DNA of 64,000 nucleotides from an uncultured Dehalococcoidia bacterium (lineage in GTDB: Bacteria > Chloroflexota > Dehalococcoidia > Dehalococcoidales > Fen-1064), in NCBI GenBank assembly GCA_903916765.1, contig CAIWXV010000128.1, positions 18-64,017 of the forward strand. Reading direction: 5' to 3'. Of the stretch, positions 40,964-49,185 are shown in pieces. The position numbers were made by a program, and so were the translations under genes. Below the pieces are notes generated by a model. That model searched no databases. It was not told where the DNA came from and saw only the letters and a list, made by a program, of their open reading frames with translations. Within the stretch, counting starts at the first letter, position 1; the number at the start of each line of letters is the position of its first letter.

Positions 40964-41854
40964 CTAATTGAACACTTTCTCCGGTTGCCATTGTTTTTTC
41001 TCAGAGTCAAATTTTAATATTCCCAGAAGATTTCCATCCCAGGTGTAGGCTCGACAATATTTTTCCACAGGTTTAGACGATGTATCATCTCCGAAGATTA
41101 CCAGAGCTCCATTACGGATTGACTGTGCTTTCTCTTCGTTGATGATTACTGCTCCCATGTTTGTAAGAATACTATCCATCGGATAGAGCAGACTTTCCCA
41201 ATAGCCGTTCTTACAGGCTTCCTCAAAGTTTTCAATCGAGATTGCGCTGTCAATATCGAAAACCCCGCATCTCAAACGTATCAGACTCTTCAAGCTAGCA
41301 CCACAACCCACTTCTTGACCTAAATCATGGGCTAGAGAACGAATATATGTTCCTTTGCCACAAACTACTTCAATAGTTGCCACGGGTGGTTGCCAATCTT
41401 TCAATTCTAGGGATTGAATCAAGGCAGTACGGCTTTTCCGTTCTACTTCGATTCCTGCCCTTGCCAGTGCATAGAGAGGCTTACCCTTATGTTTGACGGC
41501 ACTATACATCGGGGGTAGTTGAGTTATTACGCCACGGAAGGAATTCAACGCTGTTTCTAATCGCTCCAGTGTTATGCCTGAAGCATCGCTTCGCTGAATT
41601 ACTTTGCCTTCGCTATCATAGGTATCGGTAACAACGCCAAATTCGATTTCTGCACGGTATGATTTGTAAGTGTCCATCAAGTATTCCACCAGACGGGTTG
41701 CTTGTCCTAGGCAGATGGGTAGAACACCTCTTGCCTGCGGGTCAAGCGTACCTGCGTGTCCCGCATGTTTTTCACCTGTCAATCTCTTTACCAAGGCAAC
41801 TATACTGAAAGATGTTTTACCCAATGGTTTATCAATGTTCAATATGCCGTTCAT
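40964..41854 (-). CDS. truB: tRNA pseudouridine-55 synthase
   Basis: GILNIDKP.G.TS and the catalytic HAGTLDP motif, with a C-terminal PUA-like part. Confidence 0.93.
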   Translation of the reverse strand: MNGILNIDKPLGKTSFSIVALVKRLTGEKHAGHAGTLDPQARGVLPICLGQATRLVEYLMDTYKSYRAEIEFGVVTDTYDSEGKVIQRSDASGITLERLETALNSFRGVITQLPPMYSAVKHKGKPLYALARAGIEVERKSRTALIQSLELKDWQPPVATIEVVCGKGTYIRSLAHDLGQEVGCGASLKSLIRLRCGVFDIDSAISIENFEEACKNGYWESLLYPMDSILTNMGAVIINEEKAQSIRNGALVIFGDDTSSKPVEKYCRAYTWDGNLLGILKFDSEKKQWQPEKVFN

Positions 41855-41880
41855 AAGACATGTACTACCATTCCGGCGAG

Positions 41881-42234
41881 TTAATGCCCTTCTTCCGAAG
41901 AAATCTCATTGATTATTCTAAGCACACGGTCTGCCTTTTCCATAGTATCATCCAGTTTGAAAGTTAATTCCGGGATGCGTCTTGCTTTCATACGTTCGGA
42001 AAGCTCATGTCGGATGAAACCGGAGGCAGATGACAATGCCGATAATGTCTCTTTCTTCTCGTTATCATTACCCAGCCGGCTCACGAAAATTTTAGCGTAT
42101 CTCATATCAGGAGAAATTTCTACAGCCGTAACAGAAACGAGATTGCCAAGTCTCGGGTCTTTGACGTGGTGCTGTACTAGGTCACTGATTTCCTGTCTCA
42201 GGAGACTGCATAATCTCTCAACACGGTATGTCAT
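41881..42234 (-). CDS. rbfA: ribosome-binding factor A
   Basis: 117 aa with RVE/R..LL..EIS..V...VKDPRL, positioned after infB. Confidence 0.9.
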   Translation of the reverse strand: MTYRVERLCSLLRQEISDLVQHHVKDPRLGNLVSVTAVEISPDMRYAKIFVSRLGNDNEKKETLSALSSASGFIRHELSERMKARRIPELTFKLDDTMEKADRVLRIINEISSEEGH

Positions 42235-42236
42235 CT

Positions 42237-44081
42237 TTAGCCTGACTTTTCGTTTCTGAAGAACTCCAGAATATCACCGACCTGGAAATCACCGAACCCA
42301 TCCACTCCCATGCCGCACTCATAACCGGTTGCTACTTCTCTGACGTCGTCCTTAAAACGTCGCAGACTGCTAACGGTCGACTCGTGAATTTTCTTACTGC
42401 CTCGCATTACCCTGACAGAACTGCTCCTGGTTATTTTACCGTCAGTAACAGAAACCCCTGCTATATTTTCTTTCTTGCCTGCGGTGAAAACTGCTCGTAC
42501 TTCGGCATGTCCGTCGATGACCTCGACAAAGATAGGCGCTAGCATACCCTTCAGTGCTTTATTAACATCATCGACCATATTGTAGATAATATTGTAGAAG
42601 CGAAGGCTGACTCCTTCGCGTTCTGCTGAACTCTTTGCACCGGGTTCAGCATTCGTATTGAAACCGATGATAACCGCTTTGGAAGCGATCGCAAGCATAA
42701 TATCACTTTCATTAACATTGCCGGTACTGCTGTGAATAATTCTAACCTTAATCTCATCTGATGACAGTCTTTCCAGCGATGTTTTGATAGGTTCGATACT
42801 ACCCTGCACATCGGTTTTCAGAATGATGCTCAATTCCTTAATTTTACCGGCACTAAACTGATCATAGACATTACTAAGACTCACAGTCTTCGAAATATAC
42901 GCCTCTTTTTCTGCCTCTTTGTGGCGCTTCTCTATCACTTCCGATGCTTCCTTTTCATCGACGACTACTATCATTACATCACCCACCTGAGGGACATTGC
43001 TTAAACCAAGAACGGCAACAGGCATTGAAGGAGGAGCTTTTTTGACCCGTTTTCCGGTATCGTTAAACATTGCTTTTACTCTGCCCCAATTTTCCCCTAC
43101 AGCAATTACATCCCCTTCTTGCAATGTGCCGGAACTAACGAGAACTGTGAATAATGCTCCTCTGGTTCTATCCATCGCTGCTTCAATGACAGTGCCTTCT
43201 GCCGGTTTGGAGGGGTCGGCTTTCAATTCTTCTAATTCAGCCACGACCATCAGGTTCTCCAGAAGTTCGGTGATACCGAGTTTTTCCTTAGCAGAAACAG
43301 GTATGGATATGGTATCTCCGCCCCATTCTTCAACTACCAAACCCGATTCTGCTAATTGTTGCTTGACACGGTCGGGATTGGCGCCAGGTTTATCGATTTT
43401 GTTTATTGCTACCACAATCGGTACGCCGGCAGCACGAGCGTGGTCGATTGCTTCCAGAGTCTGAGGCATAACACCGTCATCAGCTGCGACTACGAGAATT
43501 GTGATGTCAGTAACCTGAGCACCACGAGCCCTCATTGCGGTGAAGGCTTCGTGGCCGGGAGTATCCAAAAAGGTGATTTTCTTACCCTTGATTTCTACCT
43601 GATAAGCGCCGATATGCTGTGTAATACCGCCCGCCTCGCTATCTACGACATTGCTCTGGCGAATGGCATCCAATAGTTTTGTCTTACCGTGGTCGACATG
43701 TCCCATAATAGTTACAACCGGCGGCCTTAGTATCAAACCGCTTGGATGCTCTGCTTGCTGAGCGCGCTGTTGTTTTTTCGTCTCACCGGTACGGTTGTTC
43801 TTACCTGTAAGACGATGCTTGAGATGTGCTTCATAACCAAAATCTGCCGCTACAGTGGCGGCAGTCTTAAAATCAACAATCTGGTTAATGTTAGCCATAA
43901 TCCCGCTTCTCATTAAGCGCTTAATGATTTCGATGGGGCTAACATCGAGAAGTTCGGAAAGTTGTCTTACACTGATAGCCGGCGGAAATTCTATGACATT
44001 GGATTTCGGGGTAGGGGATTCCTCTCCTGTCTTCCCACCGGTCACATTGGCATTATTAGTTGTTTTCTCCGAGTCAACCAC
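42237..44081 (-). CDS. infB: translation initiation factor IF-2 (short N-terminus)
   Basis: G-domain motifs [13 protein letters not shown] and NKID, with C-terminal domains conserved. Confidence 0.95.
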   Translation of the reverse strand: MVDSEKTTNNANVTGGKTGEESPTPKSNVIEFPPAISVRQLSELLDVSPIEIIKRLMRSGIMANINQIVDFKTAATVAADFGYEAHLKHRLTGKNNRTGETKKQQRAQQAEHPSGLILRPPVVTIMGHVDHGKTKLLDAIRQSNVVDSEAGGITQHIGAYQVEIKGKKITFLDTPGHEAFTAMRARGAQVTDITILVVAADDGVMPQTLEAIDHARAAGVPIVVAINKIDKPGANPDRVKQQLAESGLVVEEWGGDTISIPVSAKEKLGITELLENLMVVAELEELKADPSKPAEGTVIEAAMDRTRGALFTVLVSSGTLQEGDVIAVGENWGRVKAMFNDTGKRVKKAPPSMPVAVLGLSNVPQVGDVMIVVVDEKEASEVIEKRHKEAEKEAYISKTVSLSNVYDQFSAGKIKELSIILKTDVQGSIEPIKTSLERLSSDEIKVRIIHSSTGNVNESDIMLAIASKAVIIGFNTNAEPGAKSSAEREGVSLRFYNIIYNMVDDVNKALKGMLAPIFVEVIDGHAEVRAVFTAGKKENIAGVSVTDGKITRSSSVRVMRGSKKIHESTVSSLRRFKDDVREVATGYECGMGVDGFGDFQVGDILEFFRNEKSG

Positions 44082-44084
44082 TAT

Positions 44085-44399
44085 CTACTCCTGCTGAATT
44101 CCCTCTGCATATTCTTTCAATCTCTGGTAGTCTTGCTGAGTCAATGCCGTGTGTATTACATGTTCCAGATGGTTGCTCTTCAATATGCTCTCCCAGCATC
44201 CTCTGGAATTACACAGGTAATAACCACGCCCCGACTTCTTCCCGGTAGTGTCGACCGCTAAACCTTCGTCTTTTGTTTTAACAATACGAACGAGGTCTCG
44301 CTTTGCACTTACCTTGCGACAAGCAATGCAGGTGCGTTGCGGGAGGCGTTTAACAGGGTTTGCATTGGCATTAATATTCTTCCTCGTCTTCAACAACAA
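44085..44399 (-). CDS. ylxR: YlxR/DUF448 RNA-binding protein
   Basis: PQRTCIACR....KRDLVRIV motif, positioned between nusA and infB. The start is uncertain, because the ORF overlaps the nusA 3-prime end by 29 nt. Confidence 0.8.
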   Translation of the reverse strand: MLLKTRKNINANANPVKRLPQRTCIACRKVSAKRDLVRIVKTKDEGLAVDTTGKKSGRGYYLCNSRGCWESILKSNHLEHVIHTALTQQDYQRLKEYAEGIQQE

Positions 44400-45783
44400 A
44401 CTCCTGCCGACGAGTTTTTCGTACCTTGACCGTCTCCTCTTCTTTTTTACCCTGACCCTTCTTTTTTTTCTTTGCTTTATTGTCAGGTTGACTGGATTTA
44501 GGTCCTAGAATGTCCTCTGCAAATCTCAGCTCCGTCTTGGTTTGTGCCGTTTTAGTTTCAAAATTAACAGGGCGACCGACAACAGTTTCTTCTAATACGG
44601 GTTCAGTTTTCTCTTCTCCAGCCTCTTCTTCCTCTACAGCCGCAGGTGCTTCATTCCCGACCGATACTCTTGTCGATGGCTCTTTCTCTTCGCTAAGTTC
44701 TTCTTTCGTTTCCTCGACTGCGATTACGGGCTGAGCTGCCTTTTCTGCTTCATAAACGGAGGCGGGTTTGATATCAATTCGCCAATTAGATAACTTCGCT
44801 GCCAAACGGGCGTTTTGTCCTTCTTTACCAATTGCTAATGATAACTGTCTATCTGGAACAATGACTGTGGCATGCCCCTCAGTCTTGTTAAGTTCTACTG
44901 CTACTATTTGTGCCGGGCTAAGGGCACTGGCAATAAAGATTGACGGGTCAGGGTTCCAGAGCACAACATCTATTTTTTCGCCACTTAATTCACTGACGAT
45001 ATTCTGAATACGGATTCCACGCAACCCGACACAACAACCAACGGGGTCGATGCCCTGTTGATGTGTGGCGACAGCCACCTTACTCCGATAGCCGGCTTCA
45101 CGGGCTACTACTTTTATCTCTACAGTTCCATTGGAAACTTCCGGAACCTCTAATTCGAAAAGGCGTTTCAGCAAATCGGGATGGGACCGAGACACAATCA
45201 CTCGTGGTCCGCGAGGCGTCTTGGCAACATCGACCATATAAACTTTTAATCTCTGTCCGACTCTATATCGCTCATTAGGCATCTGTTCATTCGAAGGTAA
45301 TACAGCCTCGACTCTGCCGAGGTCGATCATTACTTGTCTTGGCTCTAAACGTTGAATGACACCACTGACGATATCGCCGGATTTACCTGCATACTCTTCG
45401 AAAATAGCACTGTGTTCAGCTTCGTGAAGACGCTGAAGAATAACCTGCTTTGCAGTCTGTGCCGCGATACGGCCTGCATTCTGGGGAGTCGACTCTACCA
45501 TAACGAGTTCGCCAAGCTGTGCATCTGCTTTGATACGACGGGCTTCTGCTAATGAGATCTCCTGTCGTGTATCAGCGGATTTTTGAACGACAGTCTTTTC
45601 CGCCCATACTTCGACTCTACCAGTACTGCGGTTGATTTTGACATCAATAGTCTGGTTGGGGGTAAAGCTATCCTTACGGTAAGCCGACACTAATGCCGAC
45701 TCAACGGCTGAGATTACCACCTCTTTAGGGAGATTTTTCTCAGCTGATAACTGGGTGATAGCGAGCAAAAACTCGCTCTTCAT
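44371..45783 (-). CDS. nusA: transcription termination/antitermination factor NusA with long charged C-terminal tail
   Basis: N-terminal domain, S1 and two KH regions. The C-terminus is Glu/Lys-rich rather than AR1/AR2-like. GGAGGG RBS. Confidence 0.93.
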   Translation of the reverse strand: MKSEFLLAITQLSAEKNLPKEVVISAVESALVSAYRKDSFTPNQTIDVKINRSTGRVEVWAEKTVVQKSADTRQEISLAEARRIKADAQLGELVMVESTPQNAGRIAAQTAKQVILQRLHEAEHSAIFEEYAGKSGDIVSGVIQRLEPRQVMIDLGRVEAVLPSNEQMPNERYRVGQRLKVYMVDVAKTPRGPRVIVSRSHPDLLKRLFELEVPEVSNGTVEIKVVAREAGYRSKVAVATHQQGIDPVGCCVGLRGIRIQNIVSELSGEKIDVVLWNPDPSIFIASALSPAQIVAVELNKTEGHATVIVPDRQLSLAIGKEGQNARLAAKLSNWRIDIKPASVYEAEKAAQPVIAVEETKEELSEEKEPSTRVSVGNEAPAAVEEEEAGEEKTEPVLEETVVGRPVNFETKTAQTKTELRFAEDILGPKSSQPDNKAKKKKKGQGKKEEETVKVRKTRRQEFVVEDEEEY

Positions 45784-45817
45784 CTCAGGCTAACCCTCCA
45801 TAATATTTTTCCCGTTC

Positions 45818-45845
45818 AAGAAAAAAGTGGGAATTTCACCCACTT
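45818..45845 (-). terminator. intrinsic terminator-like hairpin plus U-tract, 35 nt upstream of nusA start
   Basis: The minus strand reads aagtggg-tgaaatt-cccactt followed by ttttcttg. It could terminate the upstream pseudogene and/or attenuate nusA. Confidence 0.55.
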
Positions 45846-45858
45846 CTAACAACAAAGG

Positions 45859-45887
45859 AGTATAGCATAGTTCAAGTAAATAGGCAA
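45859..45887 (-). promoter_or_regulatory. candidate promoter for nusA operon
   Basis: On the minus strand: TTGCCT (45887-45882), 17-nt spacer, TATACT (45864-45859). Confidence 0.35.
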
Positions 45888-45917
45888 GTGTTTGTATCGG
45901 CATGAACCAGTACAAAA

Positions 45918-46622
45918 TTAGACAGTATCGTTCTTATAGAAGTAATAACCCACGCCAGGGTTGGTGATTATATATCGTGGCTGTGAAGGGTTCTGTTCTA
46001 TCTTCTGGCGGAGGTGTGAAATATAAATACGGACTAGTCGACATCATCAGTGTATTCCCATCCCCATACCCTCTCTAGAAGTTGCCGGTGAGTAAGGATT
46101 CTACCGGCATTATGCAACAGTGTGCAAAAAGACGGAACTCGATTGGAGTCAGTCTGACCCATTCCCTCTCTACTAGTACTTTGCGCTCTTTGATATTAAC
46201 TACGAGATGGTCATCGATATAAATACCGCTTTGTTCGGTTTCTTTTGTCGGAGGGGATTCGGCACGGCGTAATATTGCTTTAACTCTCGCAGTGAGTTCT
46301 CGATTACTGATTGGTTTAAGGATATATTCATCAGCACCGTGATCCAGCCCGCGGACGATATCGTCTTCGCTACGGCTCTGACCGCTGAGAATGATTATGG
46401 GACATCGGAAGCTTCGCGGATATACTTGCAGGTCTGCCAGCCATCCATCTGGGGCATAATAACATCCAGAAGCACAAGGGTCGGGCTTGGATTCGAAGAG
46501 GGTACGTAAGGCCTCGCGGCCGTTTGAGGCAGTGAGAACTTCAAAGCCCTCTAGTGTCAGAACTATGTTGACCAGTTCGACGAAAGTAGCATCGTCATCA
46601 ACCGCTAGCACTTTTTGTTCAT
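45918..46622 (-). pseudogene. OmpR-family response regulator disrupted by five single-nucleotide indels
   Basis: After frame correction, the translation gives a canonical REC domain plus winged helix: MNKKVLAVDDD...PDLVLLDVIMPQMDGW...[20 protein letters not shown]...[13 protein letters not shown]...GVGYYF. Confidence 0.8.
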
Positions 46623-46802
46623 TTAACTCCCTCCTGCTCAGTTATTCCCTCGGAGCTATTTCTGGGGAGTTGCATGGTGATATCTTACTGGCGGAGTGAA
46701 ATCTCCTGTTACTTATATTCTACCAGTTTCTATGTGGTTATGGTCCAATCTACTACAGATAGTTTTTCTGAATATTTAATCTCGTGCGCTGGGAGTTACC
46801 TA

Positions 46803-46831
46803 TTGACAAAGTTAATAAAATACTTTAATAT
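46803..46831 (+). promoter_or_regulatory. candidate strong promoter of the DUF2089-like operon
   Basis: TTGACA (46803-46808), 17-nt spacer, TAATAT (46826-46831). Confidence 0.5.
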
Positions 46832-46858
46832 ACTCAATTAAGTTAACAAGTATATTAA
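46825..46858. promoter_or_regulatory. perfect 10-bp inverted repeat (candidate operator) overlapping the -10 box
   Basis: TTAATATACT-N14-AGTATATTAA, read directly from the sequence. Confidence 0.45.
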
Positions 46859-46894
46859 TAAAATCAATAAAAATAGTCAGCGGAGTTGATTTTT

Positions 46895-47257
46895 ATGTCA
46901 CAGGATTGGCAGGAGCTAACAAAGTTAACACAGGGCAATCCGGTTTTTGTGGAGCGGGTGAGATTGGTTGATAATAAAATATCTATCGAGGGAGAGTTTG
47001 AATTGCCTCCTCTGGCAAGGTTGACATCGGAAGATCAGGTGTTCGTAATGGCATTTGTGCGCTGTGAAGGCACGATAAAAGAGATGGAGAAGACATTCGG
47101 GGTGAGTTATCCCACTATAAAGAGCAGATTGGGAAAGATAGCAAAGCAATTAGAGTTTGTGGAGACGGTCGTATCTCCGCCCCGTGATGAAATATTAGCC
47201 TCTCTGGAGCATGGTAAAATCACCGCCCAAGAGGCAATAGAGAGGTTATCGAAATGA
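46895..47257 (+). CDS. DUF2089-like HTH protein with degenerate zinc ribbon and SHOCT-like C-terminal tail
   Basis: IEGEFELPPLARL...FVRCEGTIKEMEKTFGVSYPTIKSRL matches my recollection of the DUF2089 core. The N-terminal cysteines are absent. The tail is LEHGKITAQEAIERL. Confidence 0.65.
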   Translation: MSQDWQELTKLTQGNPVFVERVRLVDNKISIEGEFELPPLARLTSEDQVFVMAFVRCEGTIKEMEKTFGVSYPTIKSRLGKIAKQLEFVETVVSPPRDEILASLEHGKITAQEAIERLSK

Positions 47258-47544
47258 AATGGCCCCCTTACATAATGAAGCTTCGGTTCGATAACGGCAA
47301 ACATCGTTTTGGATTCTGGATACCATTATTTCTTATTGGTCCCATAGTATTGGTATTCCTGCTGGCAATTTTCCTTATCATGTTGGTATTTGCCTTGCTG
47401 GAGTTTATTTTTAGCTGGCGGTGTGACTGGTTACGCTGGGTGGTTGTAGGAATTCCGGCGATACACCGTGTGTTGTGCTCACTTTCCGGAGTACATGTCG
47501 ATGTCGATGCGCCGGATGTAAAGGTTTATATCGCAATTCGTTAG
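47254..47544 (+). CDS. small membrane protein of the DUF2089-like operon
   Basis: ATGA overlap with the upstream gene, and a long hydrophobic core WIPLFLIGPIVLVFLLAIFLIMLVFALL. Confidence 0.6.
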   Translation: MKWPPYIMKLRFDNGKHRFGFWIPLFLIGPIVLVFLLAIFLIMLVFALLEFIFSWRCDWLRWVVVGIPAIHRVLCSLSGVHVDVDAPDVKVYIAIR

Positions 47545-47554
47545 GAGGACTTAA

Positions 47555-47983
47555 ATGGGAGAAAATCAGAAACGAATTTTGCAAATGTTGGCAGAGGGAA
47601 AAATTACCGTAGAGGAAGCATCACGGTTGCTATCATTGATTGGTGTTGAGTCGTGGGAAACAAAAGATTCTGTTAAAGGAACTAAATCGGATGCCAAATA
47701 TCTTTACATACAGGTAAAGCCAAAAGAAGGACAGGAAAGTCAGAAAAATGCGCGGGTCAATGTGCGTGTCCCCGTGAGTTTGATTCGTGCCGGAATGAAA
47801 TTGAAGGCATTGATTCCTCCACAGGCAGCAGATGATATCAATAAAGGACTGAAAGATAAAGGAATCGCGTTCGATATCAAGAACCTGAAAGATGAGGATG
47901 TCGAACAATTAGTAGATGCTCTGCGTAACACGGAAATATATGTGGATAGCGCGGAGGCAGAAATAATAGTACGTGCAGAATAA
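47555..47983 (+). CDS. SHOCT-like / YvlB-LiaX N-terminal-domain protein
   Basis: The N-terminus ILQMLAEGKITVEEASRLLSLIG is followed by a charged linker and a beta-rich C-terminal part. The RBS is AGGAGG. Confidence 0.65.
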   Translation: MGENQKRILQMLAEGKITVEEASRLLSLIGVESWETKDSVKGTKSDAKYLYIQVKPKEGQESQKNARVNVRVPVSLIRAGMKLKALIPPQAADDINKGLKDKGIAFDIKNLKDEDVEQLVDALRNTEIYVDSAEAEIIVRAE

Positions 47984-48036
47984 ATTCCAAATTGATTTTA
48001 AATGTTTTTGTAATAATTAACTGATAGGAGGATTGT

Positions 48037-48186
48037 ATGAACAAGAATAATGCATCAGGCGCTGGAGCAGGTGTTATTTGGTTCATCGGGTGGCTATTTA
48101 CAATTTCATTTGCTCATTTAGTATGGTGGAAGATAATCCTGGGCATTGTTGTCTGGCCTTTGTTCCTCGGTCAGACAATGGGTTGA
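48037..48186 (+). CDS. 49-aa hydrophobic peptide, not in ORF track
   Basis: AGGAGG lies 6 nt upstream of the ATG. Translation is MNKNNASGAGAGVIWFIGWLFTISFAHLVWWKIILGIVVWPLFLGQTMG, with two predicted TM segments. Confidence 0.5.
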   Translation: MNKNNASGAGAGVIWFIGWLFTISFAHLVWWKIILGIVVWPLFLGQTMG

Positions 48187-48262
48187 TGCTTAACTCTGTA
48201 CTCTGGAAGCGGGAGTGAAATTATACACAGAATAAAGACATTTACGGTTCTAACGTAAAAGG

Positions 48263-48292
48263 AAGCGGGGGTTGGCTTGCCAACCCCCGCTT
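48263..48292. terminator. perfect 13-bp GC-rich stem-loop, possible terminator
   Basis: aagcgggggttgg-cttg-ccaacccccgctt. There is only a short U-tract, and only on the minus-strand side. Confidence 0.4.
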
Positions 48293-48374
48293 AACCTACA
48301 CCACCTACCCCGTTTATTTTTAATTTGTTAGTTTCTACTGTAAGTGTCATAAAAGCAAGGAACAACATTAAAAG

Positions 48375-48404
48375 AAAAGGTGTTCTGTTAAAAGAACACC
48401 TTTT
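48375..48404. terminator. bidirectional intrinsic terminator
   Basis: A 12-bp stem (aaaaggtgttct / agaacacctttt) with a 6-nt loop and T-runs in both orientations. It lies immediately downstream of the minus-strand gene ending at 48409. Confidence 0.65.
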
Positions 48405-48408
48405 TGGT

Positions 48409-48669
48409 TTATTTATTGAACCAGTAGAGAAGCCCGCCGATACCTGCGATGATGATACCGAGCGCGATGGTAATCCATCCGCCGGTTTTCAGCGCTCCCG
48501 GCTCAGGACGGAGCGGCCATTTGGAAAAGAACTCTCTCAGATCTACCTTGTTTATCAGGGAATCGTAGTAGTCCCTTCCCTCTCTCGCACCCCAGATAAT
48601 TAAAGCGATACCCAGTACGAAAAATACTGCCCCAATTATTACCGGAATTCCCCAGTATTCATTAATCAT
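48409..48669 (-). CDS. small two-TM membrane protein, unknown function
   Basis: 86 aa with hydrophobic N- and C-terminal segments. GGAGG lies upstream. Confidence 0.55.
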   Translation of the reverse strand: MINEYWGIPVIIGAVFFVLGIALIIWGAREGRDYYDSLINKVDLREFFSKWPLRPEPGALKTGGWITIALGIIIAGIGGLLYWFNK

Positions 48670-48731
48670 ACCTTACCTCCGTGTGAGGGGCTTGACATTA
48701 TGTTACTCGCTTTTGGGGCAATTCTCAATAT

Positions 48732-48759
48732 CTTAAGGGGGCTTAAACGCCCCCTTAAG
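48732..48759. other. perfect 11-bp GC-rich stem-loop downstream of rplL
   Basis: cttaagggggc-ttaaac-gcccccttaag. No canonical U-tract follows it on the rplL strand. Confidence 0.4.
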
Positions 48760-48791
48760 ATAAAAAATTACTTATACGTGCGATTAAGTGT

Positions 48792-49184
48792 TTATTTAAT
48801 TTCGACGGTAGCGCCAGCGGCGGTTAGTTTCTCTTTGATAGTTGCCGCTTCTTGCTTATTGACGTTTTCTTTCACTGGTTTGGGAGCGCCTTCAACCAAA
48901 TCCTTGGATTCTTTCAGACCAAGATTGGTGACTTCGCGGATTGCCTTGATGACGTTAATTTTGTTCTCGCCGAAGGCTTTAAGAATGACGGTGAATTCCG
49001 ATTTCTCCTCAATCTCAGCCGCAGGTGCGGCGGCACCGGCTGCGGGTGCAGCGGCAACCGCTATGGGTGCAGCGGCGGTAACGCCAAATTCAGTCTCTAG
49101 AGCTTTGACCAGTTGAGAAAGTTCCAGAACGTTTAGTTCTTTGATTGTATTGATTATTCCCTGTACTTTTTCGCTTTCTGCCAT
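48792..49184 (-). CDS. rplL: 50S ribosomal protein L7/L12
   Basis: An Ala-rich hinge and the C-terminal domain KEAKDLVE-like [15 protein letters not shown]. Confidence 0.95.
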   Translation of the reverse strand: MAESEKVQGIINTIKELNVLELSQLVKALETEFGVTAAAPIAVAAAPAAGAAAPAAEIEEKSEFTVILKAFGENKINVIKAIREVTNLGLKESKDLVEGAPKPVKENVNKQEAATIKEKLTAAGATVEIK

Positions 49185-49185
49185 T

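Noticed and set aside
45784-46074. rimP upstream of nusA
   Set aside because: All frames in this interval belong to the 3-prime part of the decayed response regulator or to its terminator. No RimP-like sequence is present.
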